NCBI RefSeq assembly: GCF_056746865.1
Contig: NZ_CM163382.1
DNA: 64,000 nucleotides
Reading direction: 5' to 3' (one strand)
Below are positions 1 to 11,402 of this stretch, one piece after another (the first letter of the stretch is position 1; every line of letters starts with the position of its first letter). The translations under genes were made by a program, and so were the position numbers. The notes below the pieces were generated by a model, which had not been told where the DNA came from, did no database searches, and worked only from the letters and a program-made list of their open reading frames with translations.

Positions 1-2
1 GG

Positions 3-1967
3 GCACAGAGTGAAGAAGAGGACGATTCGCCTGATACGCAAGAGGAAATCCAGACCTTACTGCTGCGTGCCACCCGCATGGATAACAGCGATACCCTGTG
101 GGATCACTTATTCGAAGATGAAAGCCAGCAAACTATATTACCCTCTGCACTGGCGCACTATTTTGCACAACTGCGGGGCGATTCCCCCGGAGATGCTCTC
201 AATCGTCAGCGCGAAGCCTTTATGGCCCGCTGGATTGGATGGGCGATGCAGCAAAATAATGGGGACGTGTTAGTCGTCTGCGGCGGCTGGCATGCTCCGG
301 CACTGGCAAAGATGTGGCGCGAATACACGCAGGAAATTAACACGCCGGAATTGCCCTCGCTGGCAGATGCCGTTACAGGTTGTTATCTCACCCCCTACAG
401 TGAAAAGCGCCTTGATGTGCTGGCAGGATACCTTTCCGGTATGCCTGCCCCGGTCTGGCAAAACTGGTGCTGGCGGTGGGGCTTGCAGCAGGCAGGTGAA
501 CAACTGCTGAAAACGGTTCTTACCCGTTTGCGCCAGCACAAATTGCCCGCTTCTACCGCTGATATGGCTGCCGCTCATCTGCATGCGATGGCGCTGGCAC
601 AGTTGCGCGGTCATACACTACCGTTACGCACTGACTGGCTGGATGCCATAGCAGGCTCGCTGATTAAAGAAGCCTTGAACGCGCCGTTGCCGTGGAGCTA
701 TCGCGGAGTTATTCATCCCGATACCGATCCGATTCTGCTAACGTTGATAGACACATTAGCGGGTGACGGATTCGGTAAACTTGCCCCCTCTACGCCACAG
801 CCGCCTCTGCCAAAAGATGTCACCTGCGAACTGGAACGTACAGGAATCTCTTTTCCGGCGGAGCTTACCTTAAATCGCTTTACCCCCGATGGACTGGCGC
901 AAAGCCAGGTGCTGCATCGGTTGGCAATACTGGAGATTCCCGGCATTGTGCGCCAGCACGGAAGTACACTGACGCTTGCGGGTAACGGTGAAGAACAGTG
1001 GAAATTAACCCAGCCGCTTAGCCAGCATGCGGCATTAATTGAGGCCGCATGCTTTGGCGCCACACTCCAGGAAGCCGCACGTAATAAATTAGAAGCCGAT
1101 ATGCTGGACGCGGGTGGAATCGGCAGTATCACCACATGTCTTAGCCAGGCGGCGTTAGCGGGTCTGGCGTCCTTCAGTCAACAATTACTGGAGCAACTTA
1201 CATTATTAATCGCCCAGGAAAATCAGTTTGCCGAAATGGGCCAGGCGCTGGAAGTGCTATATGCCTTATGGCGGTTGGATGAAATTAGCGGTATGCAAGG
1301 CGCGCAGATATTACAAACGACATTATGCGCGGCCATCGATCGCACACTCTGGCTGTGTGAATCCAACGGCAGACCGGAGGAAAAGGAGTTTCACGCTCAC
1401 CTGCATAGCTGGCAGGCGCTTTGCCATATCCTGCGCGATCTACATAGCGGCGTTAATTTACCCGGCGTTTCGCTTTCTGCGGCGGTGGCCTTACTGGAGC
1501 GCTGCAGTCAGGCGGTTCATGCCCCGGCACTGGATCGCGGCGCGGCTCTTGGCGCACTGATGCGTCTGGAACATCCCAACGCCAGTGCCGAAGCGGCGCT
1601 GACGATGCTGGCGCAATTATCCCCGGCACAATCCGGCGAGGCGCTGCACGGTTTGCTGGCGCTGGCCCGCCATCAACTGGCCTGTCAGCCGGCATTTATC
1701 GCCGGTTTCAGTAGTCATTTAAATCAACTGAGTGATGCCGATTTTATTAACGCCCTGCCCGATTTACGCGCGGCGATGGCCTGGCTACCGCCACGAGAAC
1801 GCGGGACGCTGGCGCATCAGGTGCTTGAGCATTACCAGCTCGCACAGCTTCCCGTTTCAGCGCTGCAAATGCCGTTGCATTGTCCACCGCAAGCCATTGC
1901 ACATCATCAACAACTCGAACAGCAGGCACTGGGATCGCTGCAACACTGGGGAGTTTTCCATGTCTGA
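3..1967 (+). CDS. yehM: YehM-like protein, 5' partial (reading frame is open from the window edge; the N-terminal portion lies upstream)
   Basis: Long ORF with no stop from position 3 to 1967; its stop overlaps the yehP start (ATGTCTGA at 1960-1967); synteny with yehP/yehQ. Confidence 0.75.
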   Translation, partial: AQSEEEDDSPDTQEEIQTLLLRATRMDNSDTLWDHLFEDESQQTILPSALAHYFAQLRGDSPGDALNRQREAFMARWIGWAMQQNNGDVLVVCGGWHAPALAKMWREYTQEINTPELPSLADAVTGCYLTPYSEKRLDVLAGYLSGMPAPVWQNWCWRWGLQQAGEQLLKTVLTRLRQHKLPASTADMAAAHLHAMALAQLRGHTLPLRTDWLDAIAGSLIKEALNAPLPWSYRGVIHPDTDPILLTLIDTLAGDGFGKLAPSTPQPPLPKDVTCELERTGISFPAELTLNRFTPDGLAQSQVLHRLAILEIPGIVRQHGSTLTLAGNGEEQWKLTQPLSQHAALIEAACFGATLQEAARNKLEADMLDAGGIGSITTCLSQAALAGLASFSQQLLEQLTLLIAQENQFAEMGQALEVLYALWRLDEISGMQGAQILQTTLCAAIDRTLWLCESNGRPEEKEFHAHLHSWQALCHILRDLHSGVNLPGVSLSAAVALLERCSQAVHAPALDRGAALGALMRLEHPNASAEAALTMLAQLSPAQSGEALHGLLALARHQLACQPAFIAGFSSHLNQLSDADFINALPDLRAAMAWLPPRERGTLAHQVLEHYQLAQLPVSALQMPLHCPPQAIAHHQQLEQQALGSLQHWGVFHV

Positions 1968-3096
1968 ACTGAACGATCTTCTGACCACCCGTGAGCTACA
2001 ACGCTGGCGATTAATTCTTGGCGAAGCGGCAGAAACGACGCTTTGTGGGCTGGATGGCAATGCCCGGCAAATAGATCACGCGCTGGAGTGGCTGTATGGG
2101 CGCGATCCTGAACGGCTCCAGCGTGGTGAACGCTCCGGTGGATTAGGTGGCTCAAATCTCACTACCCCTGAGTGGATCAACAGTATTCACACGCTGTTTC
2201 CGCAACAGGTGATTGAGCGGCTGGAAAGCGATGCCGTACTGCGCTACGGCATTGAAGATGTGGTGACGAATCTCGACGTGCTGGAACGTATGCAGCCTTC
2301 TGAAAGCCTGCTACGCGCCGTTTTGCACACCAAACATCTGATGAATCCCGAAGTGCTGGCTGCCGCCCGCCGGATAGTGCGCCAGGTTGTTGAAGAAATT
2401 ATGGCGCGACTGGCAAAGGAAGTTCGCCAGGCTTTTTCTGGTGTCCGCGATCGCCGCCGTCGCTCATTTATTCCACTGGCGCGTAATTTCGATTTCAAAA
2501 GTACGCTGCGTGCCAACCTGCAACACTGGCATCCGCAACACGGCAAGTTGTATATCGAATCCCCCCGCTTTAACAGCCGTATTAAGCGCCATAGCGATCA
2601 ATGGCAACTGGTCTTACTGGTTGATCAAAGCGGATCGATGGTTGACTCGGTGATCCACTCAGCGGTGATGGCGGCCTGTTTATGGCAGTTACCCGGCATT
2701 CGTACCCATCTGGTGGCGTTTGACACAAGCGTCGTTGATCTCACGGCAGACGTTGCTGATCCGGTAGAGTTATTAATGAAAGTACAACTGGGCGGCGGGA
2801 CCAATATCGCCAGTGCCGTGGAGTATGGTCGGCAACTTATTGAACAACCAGCGAAAAGTGTCATTATCCTCGTGAGCGATTTTTATGAAGGGGGTTCATC
2901 ATCCATGCTGACGCATCAGGTGAAAAAGTGTGTCCAGAGCGGCATCAAAGTGCTGGGACTGGCGGCGCTCGATAGCACCGCAACGCCTTGCTATGACCGC
3001 GATATGGCCCTGACGCTGGTTAATGTCGGCGCACAAATAGCCGCGATGACGCCGGGCGAACTCGCTACCTGGCTTGCGGAGAATTTGCAGTCATGA
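1960..3096 (+). CDS. yehP: von Willebrand factor A (VWA) domain protein with MIDAS motif
   Basis: 378-aa ORF starting at the internal ATG 1960 (MSELNDLLTT...); DxSxS MIDAS motif (LLVDQSGSM) visible in translation; coupled to flanking genes. Confidence 0.8.
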   Translation: MSELNDLLTTRELQRWRLILGEAAETTLCGLDGNARQIDHALEWLYGRDPERLQRGERSGGLGGSNLTTPEWINSIHTLFPQQVIERLESDAVLRYGIEDVVTNLDVLERMQPSESLLRAVLHTKHLMNPEVLAAARRIVRQVVEEIMARLAKEVRQAFSGVRDRRRRSFIPLARNFDFKSTLRANLQHWHPQHGKLYIESPRFNSRIKRHSDQWQLVLLVDQSGSMVDSVIHSAVMAACLWQLPGIRTHLVAFDTSVVDLTADVADPVELLMKVQLGGGTNIASAVEYGRQLIEQPAKSVIILVSDFYEGGSSSMLTHQVKKCVQSGIKVLGLAALDSTATPCYDRDMALTLVNVGAQIAAMTPGELATWLAENLQS

Positions 3097-5093
3097 ATTC
3101 ACTACGTCCGGAATTATTAGAACTCACGCCGCAGGCCCTGACGGCGTTAAGCAATGCCGGTTTTGTTAAGCGCAGTCTTAAGGAACTGGAAAATGGCAAC
3201 GTCCCGGAGATCAGCCATGAGAACGGCGCTTTAATCGCCACCTTCAGTGACGGTGTCCGCACCCAGCTGGCGAACGGTCAGGCACTGAAAGAGGCTCAGT
3301 GCAGCTGCGGGGCCAGCGGCATGTGCCGCCATCGCGTGATGCTGGTTTTAAGTTATCAGCGACTTTGCGCCACCACCCAGCCTACGGAAAAAGAAGAAGA
3401 GTGGGATCCGGCAATCTGGCTGGAAGAACTGGCTACCCTTCCCGATGCCACCCGCAAACGCGCACAGGCGCTGGTCGCTAAAGGCATCACCATTGAGTTG
3501 TTCTGTACGCCGGGCGAAATTCCCTCTGCCCGCTTACCGATGAGCGATGTGCGTTTTTATTCCCGCAGCAGTATTCGTTTCGCCCGTTGTGATTGTATTG
3601 ACGGCACACTTTGCGAACATGTCGTACTGGCTGTGCAGGCCTTCGTCGAGGCCAAAACTCAGCAAGCGGAATTTACTCATTTAATCTGGCAGATGCGCAG
3701 CGAACACGTCACACCATCTGACGATCCGTTTGCCAGCGAAGAGGGCAACGCGTGTCGTCAATATGTTCAGCAATTAAGTCAGGCATTATGGCTGGGCGGC
3801 ATCAGCCAGCCGCCAATCCATTACGAGGCCGCTTTCAGCCGCGCACAGCAGACGGCGGAACGCTGCAACTGGCGATGGGTGAGTGAATCGCTACGGCAAC
3901 TGCGCGCCAGCGTTGATGCCTTCCACGCCCGCGCCAGCCACTATCATGCCGGAGAATGCTTACGTCAGCTTGCGGCATTAAACAGTCGATTAAATTGCGC
4001 ACAAGAGATGGCCCGGCGCGACAGTATCGGTGAAGTTCCTCCTGTACCGTGGCGCACGGTCGTTGGCGCTGGCATTGCCGGAGAAGCAAAGCTTGATCAT
4101 CTGCGGCTGGTGTCTTTAGGTATGCGTTGCTGGCAGGATATTGAGCAGTATGGTTTACGCATCTGGTTCACCGATCCCGACACCGGCAGTATTTTGCATC
4201 TTTCGCGTAGTTGGCCGAGAAGCGAACAAGAAAACGCTCCCGCTGCAAAACGTCGGCTGTTTAGTTTTCAGGCTGGCGCACTGGCAGGTGGGCAAATTGT
4301 TTCACAAGCAGCAAAACGCAGTGCCGATGGCGAACTGCTATTAGCTACCCGCAACCGCTTGAGTAGTGTTGTTCCACTGTCGCCAGACGCCTGGCAAATG
4401 TTGAGTGCGCCGCTGCGCCAGCCAGGCATTGTGGCTTTGCGGGAATATTTACGCCAGCGTCCCCCCGCCTGCATACGACCACTCAACCAGGTCGATAACT
4501 TATTTATTCTGCCGGTCGCTGAGTGTATTTCGCTCGGTTGGGATAGCAGCCGCCAGACACTGGATGCGCAGGTCATTAGCGGCGAAGGGGAAGATAATGT
4601 GCTGACGTTATCCCTTCCGGCATCTGCCTGTTCTCCTTTTGCCGTTGAACGCATGGCGGCGCTTTTGCAACAAACAGACGACCCCGTGAGTCTGGTTTCT
4701 GGCTTTGTCAGCTTTGTAGAGGGGCAATTGACACTGGAACCACGGGTGATGATGACAAAAACCCGCGCCTGGGCGCTGGACGCAGAAACTGCGCCTGTGG
4801 CACCGCTACCTTCTGCCAGCGTTTTGCCTGTGCCGTCTACCGCTCATCAGTTGCTGATGCGCTGCCAGGCGTTACTTATTCAACTGCTCCATAACGGCTG
4901 GCGCTATCAGGAACAGAGTGCTATTGGTCAGGCAGAGTTGCTGGCGAATGACCTCACCGCGGTCGGTTTTTATCGGCTGGCACATGTGTTGGCACAATTT
5001 CGTAATACAGAAAGCGAGGCACGGGTAGAAGCAATGAATAACGGTGTTTTGATTTGCGAACAATTATTCCCCATGCTTCAGCAACAAGGATGA
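3093..5093 (+). CDS. yehQ: SWIM zinc-finger protein
   Basis: 666-aa ORF; two CxCx5CxH SWIM signatures (CSCGASGMCRH and CDCIDGTLCEH); ATGA overlap with yehP stop. Exact start not verified. Confidence 0.75.
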   Translation: MNSLRPELLELTPQALTALSNAGFVKRSLKELENGNVPEISHENGALIATFSDGVRTQLANGQALKEAQCSCGASGMCRHRVMLVLSYQRLCATTQPTEKEEEWDPAIWLEELATLPDATRKRAQALVAKGITIELFCTPGEIPSARLPMSDVRFYSRSSIRFARCDCIDGTLCEHVVLAVQAFVEAKTQQAEFTHLIWQMRSEHVTPSDDPFASEEGNACRQYVQQLSQALWLGGISQPPIHYEAAFSRAQQTAERCNWRWVSESLRQLRASVDAFHARASHYHAGECLRQLAALNSRLNCAQEMARRDSIGEVPPVPWRTVVGAGIAGEAKLDHLRLVSLGMRCWQDIEQYGLRIWFTDPDTGSILHLSRSWPRSEQENAPAAKRRLFSFQAGALAGGQIVSQAAKRSADGELLLATRNRLSSVVPLSPDAWQMLSAPLRQPGIVALREYLRQRPPACIRPLNQVDNLFILPVAECISLGWDSSRQTLDAQVISGEGEDNVLTLSLPASACSPFAVERMAALLQQTDDPVSLVSGFVSFVEGQLTLEPRVMMTKTRAWALDAETAPVAPLPSASVLPVPSTAHQLLMRCQALLIQLLHNGWRYQEQSAIGQAELLANDLTAVGFYRLAHVLAQFRNTESEARVEAMNNGVLICEQLFPMLQQQG

Positions 5094-5217
5094 AATAGTG
5101 CTTTTTACTAAGAGTTCCACTCCAGTTCCGGACTGCTCACGCCACGGTATTAGGCATATCCTATATAGCCCCTGGTGAGAGTCACCAGTTTCTTGATTAA
5201 ATAAAATGGAGTTTTAC

Positions 5218-5679
5218 ATGAAGGCTTTCAATAAGCTGTTTTCCCTCGTTGTTGCATCTGTTCTGGTTTTCTCTCTTGCTGGCTGCGGTGACAAAGAAGA
5301 ATCGAAAAAATTCAGCGCCAATCTGAACGGTACTGAAATTGCCATTACCTATGTCTACAAAGGTGACAAGGTGCTTAAGCAATCTTCTGAAACCAAAATT
5401 CAATTTGCCTCCATTGGTGCAACCACCAAAGAAGATGCTGCCAAGACACTTGAGCCGTTAAGCGCCAAATACAAAAACATCGCGGGTGTTGAAGAAAAAT
5501 TAACCTATACCGATACTTACGCGCAGGAAAACGTGACTATCGATATGGAAAAAGTGGATTTTAAAGCCCTGCAGGGTATTTCAGGAATCAACGTTTCTGC
5601 TGAAGATGCCAAAAAAGGTATCACTATGGCGCAAATGGAACTGGTGATGAAAGCCGCTGGTTTTAAAGAAGTGAAATAA
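5218..5679 (+). CDS. yehR: lipoprotein (DUF1307), lipobox LAGC
   Basis: ORF with signal peptide and LAGCGD lipobox; start chosen at MKAFNKLF. Confidence 0.75.
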   Translation: MKAFNKLFSLVVASVLVFSLAGCGDKEESKKFSANLNGTEIAITYVYKGDKVLKQSSETKIQFASIGATTKEDAAKTLEPLSAKYKNIAGVEEKLTYTDTYAQENVTIDMEKVDFKALQGISGINVSAEDAKKGITMAQMELVMKAAGFKEVK

Positions 5680-5720
5680 TCTGTCGGCGGCCATGTTTTT
5701 GCATGGCCGCCATACCCGTC

Positions 5721-6191
5721 TTAGCTTTTCTTCACATGCTGGCGCGCTGCCAGTCCACGCAGAAAATAACGTAAAAATTGATCGCCGCATTCGCGGAAGT
5801 TTTTATGATCCGGTGCACGCATCATCGCCGTAATTTCCGGCATCGAAACGCGGAACTGCTGTTCGGTAAGGATCGCCAGAATGTCATCGGTTTTCAGCGA
5901 AAACGCGATGCGTAATTTTTTCAGCACGATGTTGTTATTAATGCGACGTTCCGGCTCCAGTGCCGGAGCAGACTCATCCTTGCCGCGTTTTTCATAAATC
6001 AGGCCATTGAGGAATGACGACAAAACAATGTCCGGACAACGCTGAAAACCCTCTTCGTCTTCTTTACGTAGCCAGACGGCGATCTGTTCCGCGGTGGCTT
6101 CGACATTACCCAGCGCCAGAATACGCACCAGGTCATTATTATTGGCTTTCAAAATGTAGCGCACGCTGCGCAGAATATCGTTACTTAGCAT
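5721..6191 (-). CDS. yehS: DUF1456 family protein
   Basis: 156-aa ORF from internal Met MLSNDILRSV...; conserved position next to btsR. Confidence 0.7.
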   Translation of the reverse strand: MLSNDILRSVRYILKANNNDLVRILALGNVEATAEQIAVWLRKEDEEGFQRCPDIVLSSFLNGLIYEKRGKDESAPALEPERRINNNIVLKKLRIAFSLKTDDILAILTEQQFRVSMPEITAMMRAPDHKNFRECGDQFLRYFLRGLAARQHVKKS

Positions 6192-6237
6192 GAGGCCTTC
6201 AGGTGTTGATGAGGCAAAAAGCCATTTTAGCAGTCTT

Positions 6238-6957
6238 TTAAAGGCCAATCGCCTCTTTTAAGCTTTTCAGATAACGGCGGCTGACCGGCACGGTTAAGCC
6301 ATTACGCAAAATCAACTCGGCCTGGCCGTTATCTTCCAGACGAATCTCCTGTAAATGCGCGAGGTTAACCAGATACTGACGATGGCAGCGCAGTAGTGGT
6401 GTACGACTTTCCAGGGTACGTAATGTCAATTCGGTAAAGCCCTCTTTCCCTTCGTGGCTGGTAACGTAGACACCGCTCATCCGACTGCTGACAAATGCCA
6501 CATCTTTCATTTGCAGCAAATAAATCCGACTATGCCCCGTACAAGGGATAAACTTCAGCGCCTGTTGATTTTCCGGTAACAGCGAAACATCCTGCTTGCT
6601 GCGCTCCTGACGCAATCGCGCCAGCGTTTTTTCCAGTCGCGCTTCATCAATTGGCTTCAGCAGATAATCAAAGGCATGTTCTTCAAAGGCTTTAATAGCG
6701 TATTCGTCAAACGCGGTGAGAAAAACGATATACGGTCGATGTTCGGGGTCGAGCATCCCCACCATTTCCAGACCACTGATGCGCGGCATCTGGATATCGA
6801 GAAACAGCACATCCGGGCGCAGTTTATGCACCGCGCCGATCCCTTCTACGGCGTTTGAACACTCTCCAACGATTTCAATATCGCTCTGCTCCTGCAAAAA
6901 TACGCGCAGGTTCTCCCGTGCAAGCGGTTCATCATCGACAATTAAGACTTTAATCAT
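6238..6957 (-). CDS. btsR: LytTR-family response regulator (pyruvate-responsive two-component system)
   Basis: 239-aa [19 protein letters not shown]... with receiver domain and C-terminal LytTR domain; 4-nt overlap with the upstream kinase gene. Confidence 0.85.
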
Positions 6958-8639
6958 GCCTCGTCCCTCCATGGTAGTCGTAACGTTATTCGGGTGTAAC
7001 AATCAGGCTCACAGGCGACGCTTATCCCATAGTCATCGCCAAACCGTTCACGTAAACGCTTATCCACCAGATTCATCCCCAGCCCACTGGCATTGGTTAC
7101 CGGTTGATACAAACCGGCATTGTCTTCGATCTCCAGCATCAAATGTTGCCCCTCACGTCGGGCGCTGATCGCCACTCGCCCTGTATCCAGCAGTTGTGAT
7201 GTCCCATGTTTAATGGCGTTTTCCACTATCGGTTGCAGGGTAAACGCGGGCAATTGCTGCTGGGATAATTCTTGCGGAATAGCAATATTGACCTGCAACC
7301 GCGACTGGAAGCGCGCCTTTTCAATTTGCAGATAAGCGTTCACATGTTCAATTTCGTCGGCGAGAGTAACAAACTCCGAAGGCCGCTTTAAGTTTTTGCG
7401 GAAAAAAGTGGAAAGATACTGCACCAGCTGGCTGGCCTGTTCGCTGTCGCGGCGGATCACCGCTTTAATGGTGTTAAGCGCATTAAACAAAAAATGGGGG
7501 TTCACCTGGGCGTGAAGCAGTTTGATCTCTGACTGGGTGAGCATCGCTTTTTGCCGCTCATATTGCCCGGCGAGGATCTGCGCCGAAAGCAGTTGCGCAA
7601 TCCCCTCACCCAGCGTGCGATTGATTGAACTGAATAAACGGTTTTTGGCTTCATACAATTTGATGGTACCCATCACCCGCTGATTTTCACCACGCAACGG
7701 AATTACCAGCGTCGACCCCAGTTTGCATTGCGGATGCAAAGAGCAACGATAAGGTACTTCGTTGCCATCAGCGTAGACCACTTCACCGGTTTCAATCGCT
7801 TTTAAGGTGTAAGTCGAAGAAATCGGTTTGCCGGGTAAATGGTGATCGTCACCAATTCCGGTAAAGGCCAGCAATTTCTCTCGATCGGTAATCGCGACTG
7901 CACCAATATCCAGCTCCTGATACAGCACCTGTGCCACTTTCATGCTGTTCACTTCGTTAAACCCCTGGCGCAAAATGCCTTCCGTCGAGGCAGCCACTTT
8001 TAGCGCAGTGGCAGAAAAAGCCGAAGTGTATTTTTCAAACATCGCGCGTTTATCGAGCAATATACGCATAAACAGCGCCGCGCCGACGGTATTGGTGACC
8101 ATCATTGGCGCAGCAATATTACTCACCAGACGCACCGCATCTTCATAAGGTCGGGCGATTGCCAGGATGATCAACATTTGCACCATTTCAGCGACGAACG
8201 TGACGGCACCGGCGGTAATGGGGTTAAAGACTTTATCAGTGCGCCCGCGACGGATCAGGATGCTGTGTACCAGGCCGCCGAGCAACCCTTCAACGATGGT
8301 CGAGATCATGCAACTTAGCGCGGTCATGCCCCCCATCGAATATCGATGTAACCCGCCGGTCAGACCAACCAGCCCACCGACGACCGGACCGCCGAGTAAG
8401 CCGCCCATTACCGCGCCTATCGCACGGGTATTGGCAATAGAATCGTCAATGTGCAACCCAAACCAGGTGCCCATGATGCAGAAGATGGAAAAGACGATGT
8501 AGCAGAGAAATTTATGCGGCAGACGAACCGTGACCTGCATTAACGGTATGAATAATGGCGTTTTACTCATTAACCACGCAATGACTAAAAAAACGCACAT
8601 CTGCTGAAGCAGCAGCAACACCAGATTAAAATCGTACAT
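6954..8639 (-). CDS. btsS: LytS-type sensor histidine kinase
   Basis: 561-aa ORF with multi-TM N-terminus and H-box region ([10 protein letters not shown]); coupled to btsR. Confidence 0.85.
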
Positions 8640-8860
8640 ACCCGCAAACCACACTTCCCTTTAAAACGCGTAACATACATTGCCTGCGTTTAACTTTCTT
8701 TGAACTCTTGCAGAAAAATGAGAATTCGTGAGTACGATCACTCAAAATCGCCTGGCAAAAATAAAATCACCCTATAGATGCACAAAAAACGGGCAAAACT
8801 ACCTGGTTCGCAAAACTGCGTCTAAAGTTAAACCGGGACCTCGCGAGCAAGGGTGAGACG

Positions 8861-9592
8861 ATGGCGCTTTACACAATTGGTGAAGTGGCGTTGCTTTGTG
8901 ATATTAACCCTGTCACGTTACGCGCGTGGCAGAGGCGTTACGGATTGCTGAAACCGCAACGGACAGACGGCGGCCATCGGCTGTTCAACGATGCCGATAT
9001 TGACCGGATCCGCGAGATCAAACGCTGGATCGACAACGGCGTGCAGGTCAGCAAAGTTAAAATGCTGCTCAGTAATGAAAATGTTGATGTGCAGAACGGC
9101 TGGCGCGATCAGCAAGAAACATTACTGACTTACCTGCAAAGCGGCAATCTGCATAGCCTGCGAACGTGGATCAAAGAGCGCGGTCAGGATTACCCCGCCC
9201 AGACGCTCACCACACATCTGTTTATTCCTCTGCGCCGACGACTTCAGTGCCAACAACCGACTCTCCAGGCGCTGCTGGCGATCCTCGACGGCGTACTGAT
9301 CAACTACATCGCCATTTGCCTGGCTTCGGCACGTAAAAAACAGGGTAAAGATGCGCTGGTGGTTGGCTGGAATATTCACGATACCACCCGTCTGTGGCTG
9401 GAGGGCTGGATTGCCAGTCAACAAGGATGGCGCATTGATGTCCTCGCCCACTCGCTCAATCAACTACGCCCTGAACTGTTCGAAGGCCGTACATTGCTGG
9501 TGTGGTGCGGTGAAAATCGAACCTCCGCCCAACAGCAGCAACTCACCAGTTGGCAGGAACAAGGCCATGATATTTTCCCACTCGGCATTTAA
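8861..9592 (+). CDS. mlrA: MerR-family transcriptional regulator (curli/csgD activator)
   Basis: 243-aa ORF with N-terminal MerR HTH (YTIGEVALLCDINPVTLRAWQRRYGLL). Confidence 0.85.
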   Translation: MALYTIGEVALLCDINPVTLRAWQRRYGLLKPQRTDGGHRLFNDADIDRIREIKRWIDNGVQVSKVKMLLSNENVDVQNGWRDQQETLLTYLQSGNLHSLRTWIKERGQDYPAQTLTTHLFIPLRRRLQCQQPTLQALLAILDGVLINYIAICLASARKKQGKDALVVGWNIHDTTRLWLEGWIASQQGWRIDVLAHSLNQLRPELFEGRTLLVWCGENRTSAQQQQLTSWQEQGHDIFPLGI

Positions 9593-9651
9593 TCATTCGT
9601 TAACAAATGCGCTTTACTGTACAATCCTTTCGTTAACATAAGGAGTGCATC

Positions 9652-9759
9652 ATGCGCATAGCTAAAATTGGGGTCATCGCCCTGTTCCTGTTTATGGCGT
9701 TAGGCGGAATTGGTGGCGTCATGCTCGCAGGTTATACCTTTATTTTGCGTGCTGGCTAA
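9652..9759 (+). CDS. yohO: small hydrophobic membrane protein (35 aa)
   Basis: Short [38 protein letters not shown] preceded by AGGAG RBS; below the 60-aa cutoff of the ORF track. Confidence 0.6.
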
Positions 9760-10471
9760 GCGCCTGCACCAGCCTTTCAAACAGGCGGTCTGCAATGATC
9801 GCCGCCAGTGCCACCAGTAACGCCCCCTGGATCACATACGCGGTATTAAATCCGCTAAGCCCGATGATGATGGGCGTACCCAGCGTGCTGGCCCCTACCG
9901 TTGAGGCGATCGTCGCCGTACCAATGTTGATAATCACCGAAGTTCGCACGCCCGCCAGAATCACCGGAGCCGCCAGCGGTAGCTCGACCTTACGCAGTCG
10001 CTGACCACGGCTCATTCCCATACCTTTCGCAACTTCTGTCACGCTGACATCAATCGCTCCCAGCCCGGCAAGTGTCGCCTGCAGGACGGGCAGCACGCCG
10101 TAAAGGATCAAGGCGATAATCGCGGGTTGCAGACCAAAGCCGATCACCGGAACGGCAATCGCCAGCACCGCAACGGGCGGAAAAGTCTGCCCAACGGCGG
10201 CAATAGTTTCCACCAGTGGGCGAAATTCCGCGCCCCACGGGCGAGTAACAATAATTCCGGCACCAGTACCAATGATCACCGCAAACAAACTCGAAATTCC
10301 CACCAGCCAGAAATGAGCCAGTGCCAGAGCTGCAAAGCTTTCCTGCTGATAAACGGGTCGTGGCAGTTGTGGGAACAAGGCAGCAAACAGCGGCTGGCTG
10401 TAAGGCAGCCAGAAAAGCAGTGCCACAAACAAAGCAATGAGCCAGAACAGCGGATCGCGCAACATCTTCAT
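9740..10471 (-). CDS. yehW: ABC transporter permease (osmoprotectant uptake)
   Basis: 243-aa multi-TM ORF; last gene of the osmF-yehYXW operon arrangement. Confidence 0.85.
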
Positions 10472-10475
10472 ACGC

Positions 10476-11402
10476 TTACGCCTCCACCAGCAGATCCTGA
10501 AAATGCAGCGTGCCGCAAGGCTGGCCCTGCGTGTTCACCACCGGCAGCACCTCGCATCCCCGCGCGACAAACAGGGAGAGCGCATCGCGTAGCGTCATCT
10601 CTTCTGCCAGTGCCTCACCTTCTGCCCGTTCTTCGCGACGCACGTAATCCGCCACACTACGTAACGAAAGCAGGCGGACACCCAGTTCACTATGCCCAAA
10701 AAACTGGCGGACAAAATCATTCGCCGGACGAGTCAGCATCGTCAGCGGATTGCCCTGCTGCACCACTTCACCGTGATCCATCAACACCAGATGTTCTGCC
10801 AGTCGTAGCGCCTCATCAATATCATGAGTGACCAGCACAATGGTACGCCCCAGCAAACGGTGTATGCGCGTCATCTCTTGTTGCAACGCGCCGCGCGTTA
10901 CCGGGTCCAGCGCGCCAAAAGGTTCATCCATCAGTAAGACTTGCGGATCGGCAGCCAGTGCGCGCGCCACTCCCACACGTTGCTGCTGACCACCGGAAAG
11001 CTGATGCGGATAACGCTCACGCAAATTTGGCTCCAACCCCAGTAGCGCCATTAATTCGTCGATACGATCGTCGATCCGCGCCCGTGACCATTTTTGTAAT
11101 TGCGGCACGGTGGCAATATTTTGCGCCACGCTCCAGTGGGGAAACAGGCCAATAGATTGAATGGCATAGCCCATCCGGCGGCGCAACTCCAGCACTGGCA
11201 GCGAGCGAATTTCTTCTCCGGCAAAGCGGATCACGCCATTGTCATGCTCCACCAGGCGGTTAATCATTTTCAGAGTGGTGGATTTACCGGAGCCTGATGT
11301 ACCAATCAGCACCGAAAAACTCCCCTCCTGAAAATTGAGATTGAGATCGTTAACGGCTTTTTGTATGCCGAACAGTTTGCTGACATGGCTAAATTCAATC
11401 AT
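10476..11402 (-). CDS. yehX: ABC transporter ATP-binding protein
   Basis: 308-aa ORF with Walker A (GTSGSGKST), ABC signature (LSGGQQQRV) and C-terminal CBS-like region. Confidence 0.9.
   Translation of the reverse strand: MIEFSHVSKLFGIQKAVNDLNLNFQEGSFSVLIGTSGSGKSTTLKMINRLVEHDNGVIRFAGEEIRSLPVLELRRRMGYAIQSIGLFPHWSVAQNIATVPQLQKWSRARIDDRIDELMALLGLEPNLRERYPHQLSGGQQQRVGVARALAADPQVLLMDEPFGALDPVTRGALQQEMTRIHRLLGRTIVLVTHDIDEALRLAEHLVLMDHGEVVQQGNPLTMLTRPANDFVRQFFGHSELGVRLLSLRSVADYVRREERAEGEALAEEMTLRDALSLFVARGCEVLPVVNTQGQPCGTLHFQDLLVEA

Noticed and set aside
5686-5711. Hairpin GGCGGCCATG-TTTTTG-CATGGCCGCC between convergent yehR and yehS
   Set aside because: Clear inverted repeat, but the T-run sits in the loop and no U-tract follows on either strand, so I did not call it an intrinsic terminator.
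10127-10831. 234-aa ORF on the plus strand
   Set aside because: Lies entirely antisense within yehW/yehX, which have strong ABC-transporter features; its Ser/Pro/Arg-rich low-complexity translation is typical of a spurious frame in GC-rich coding sequence.
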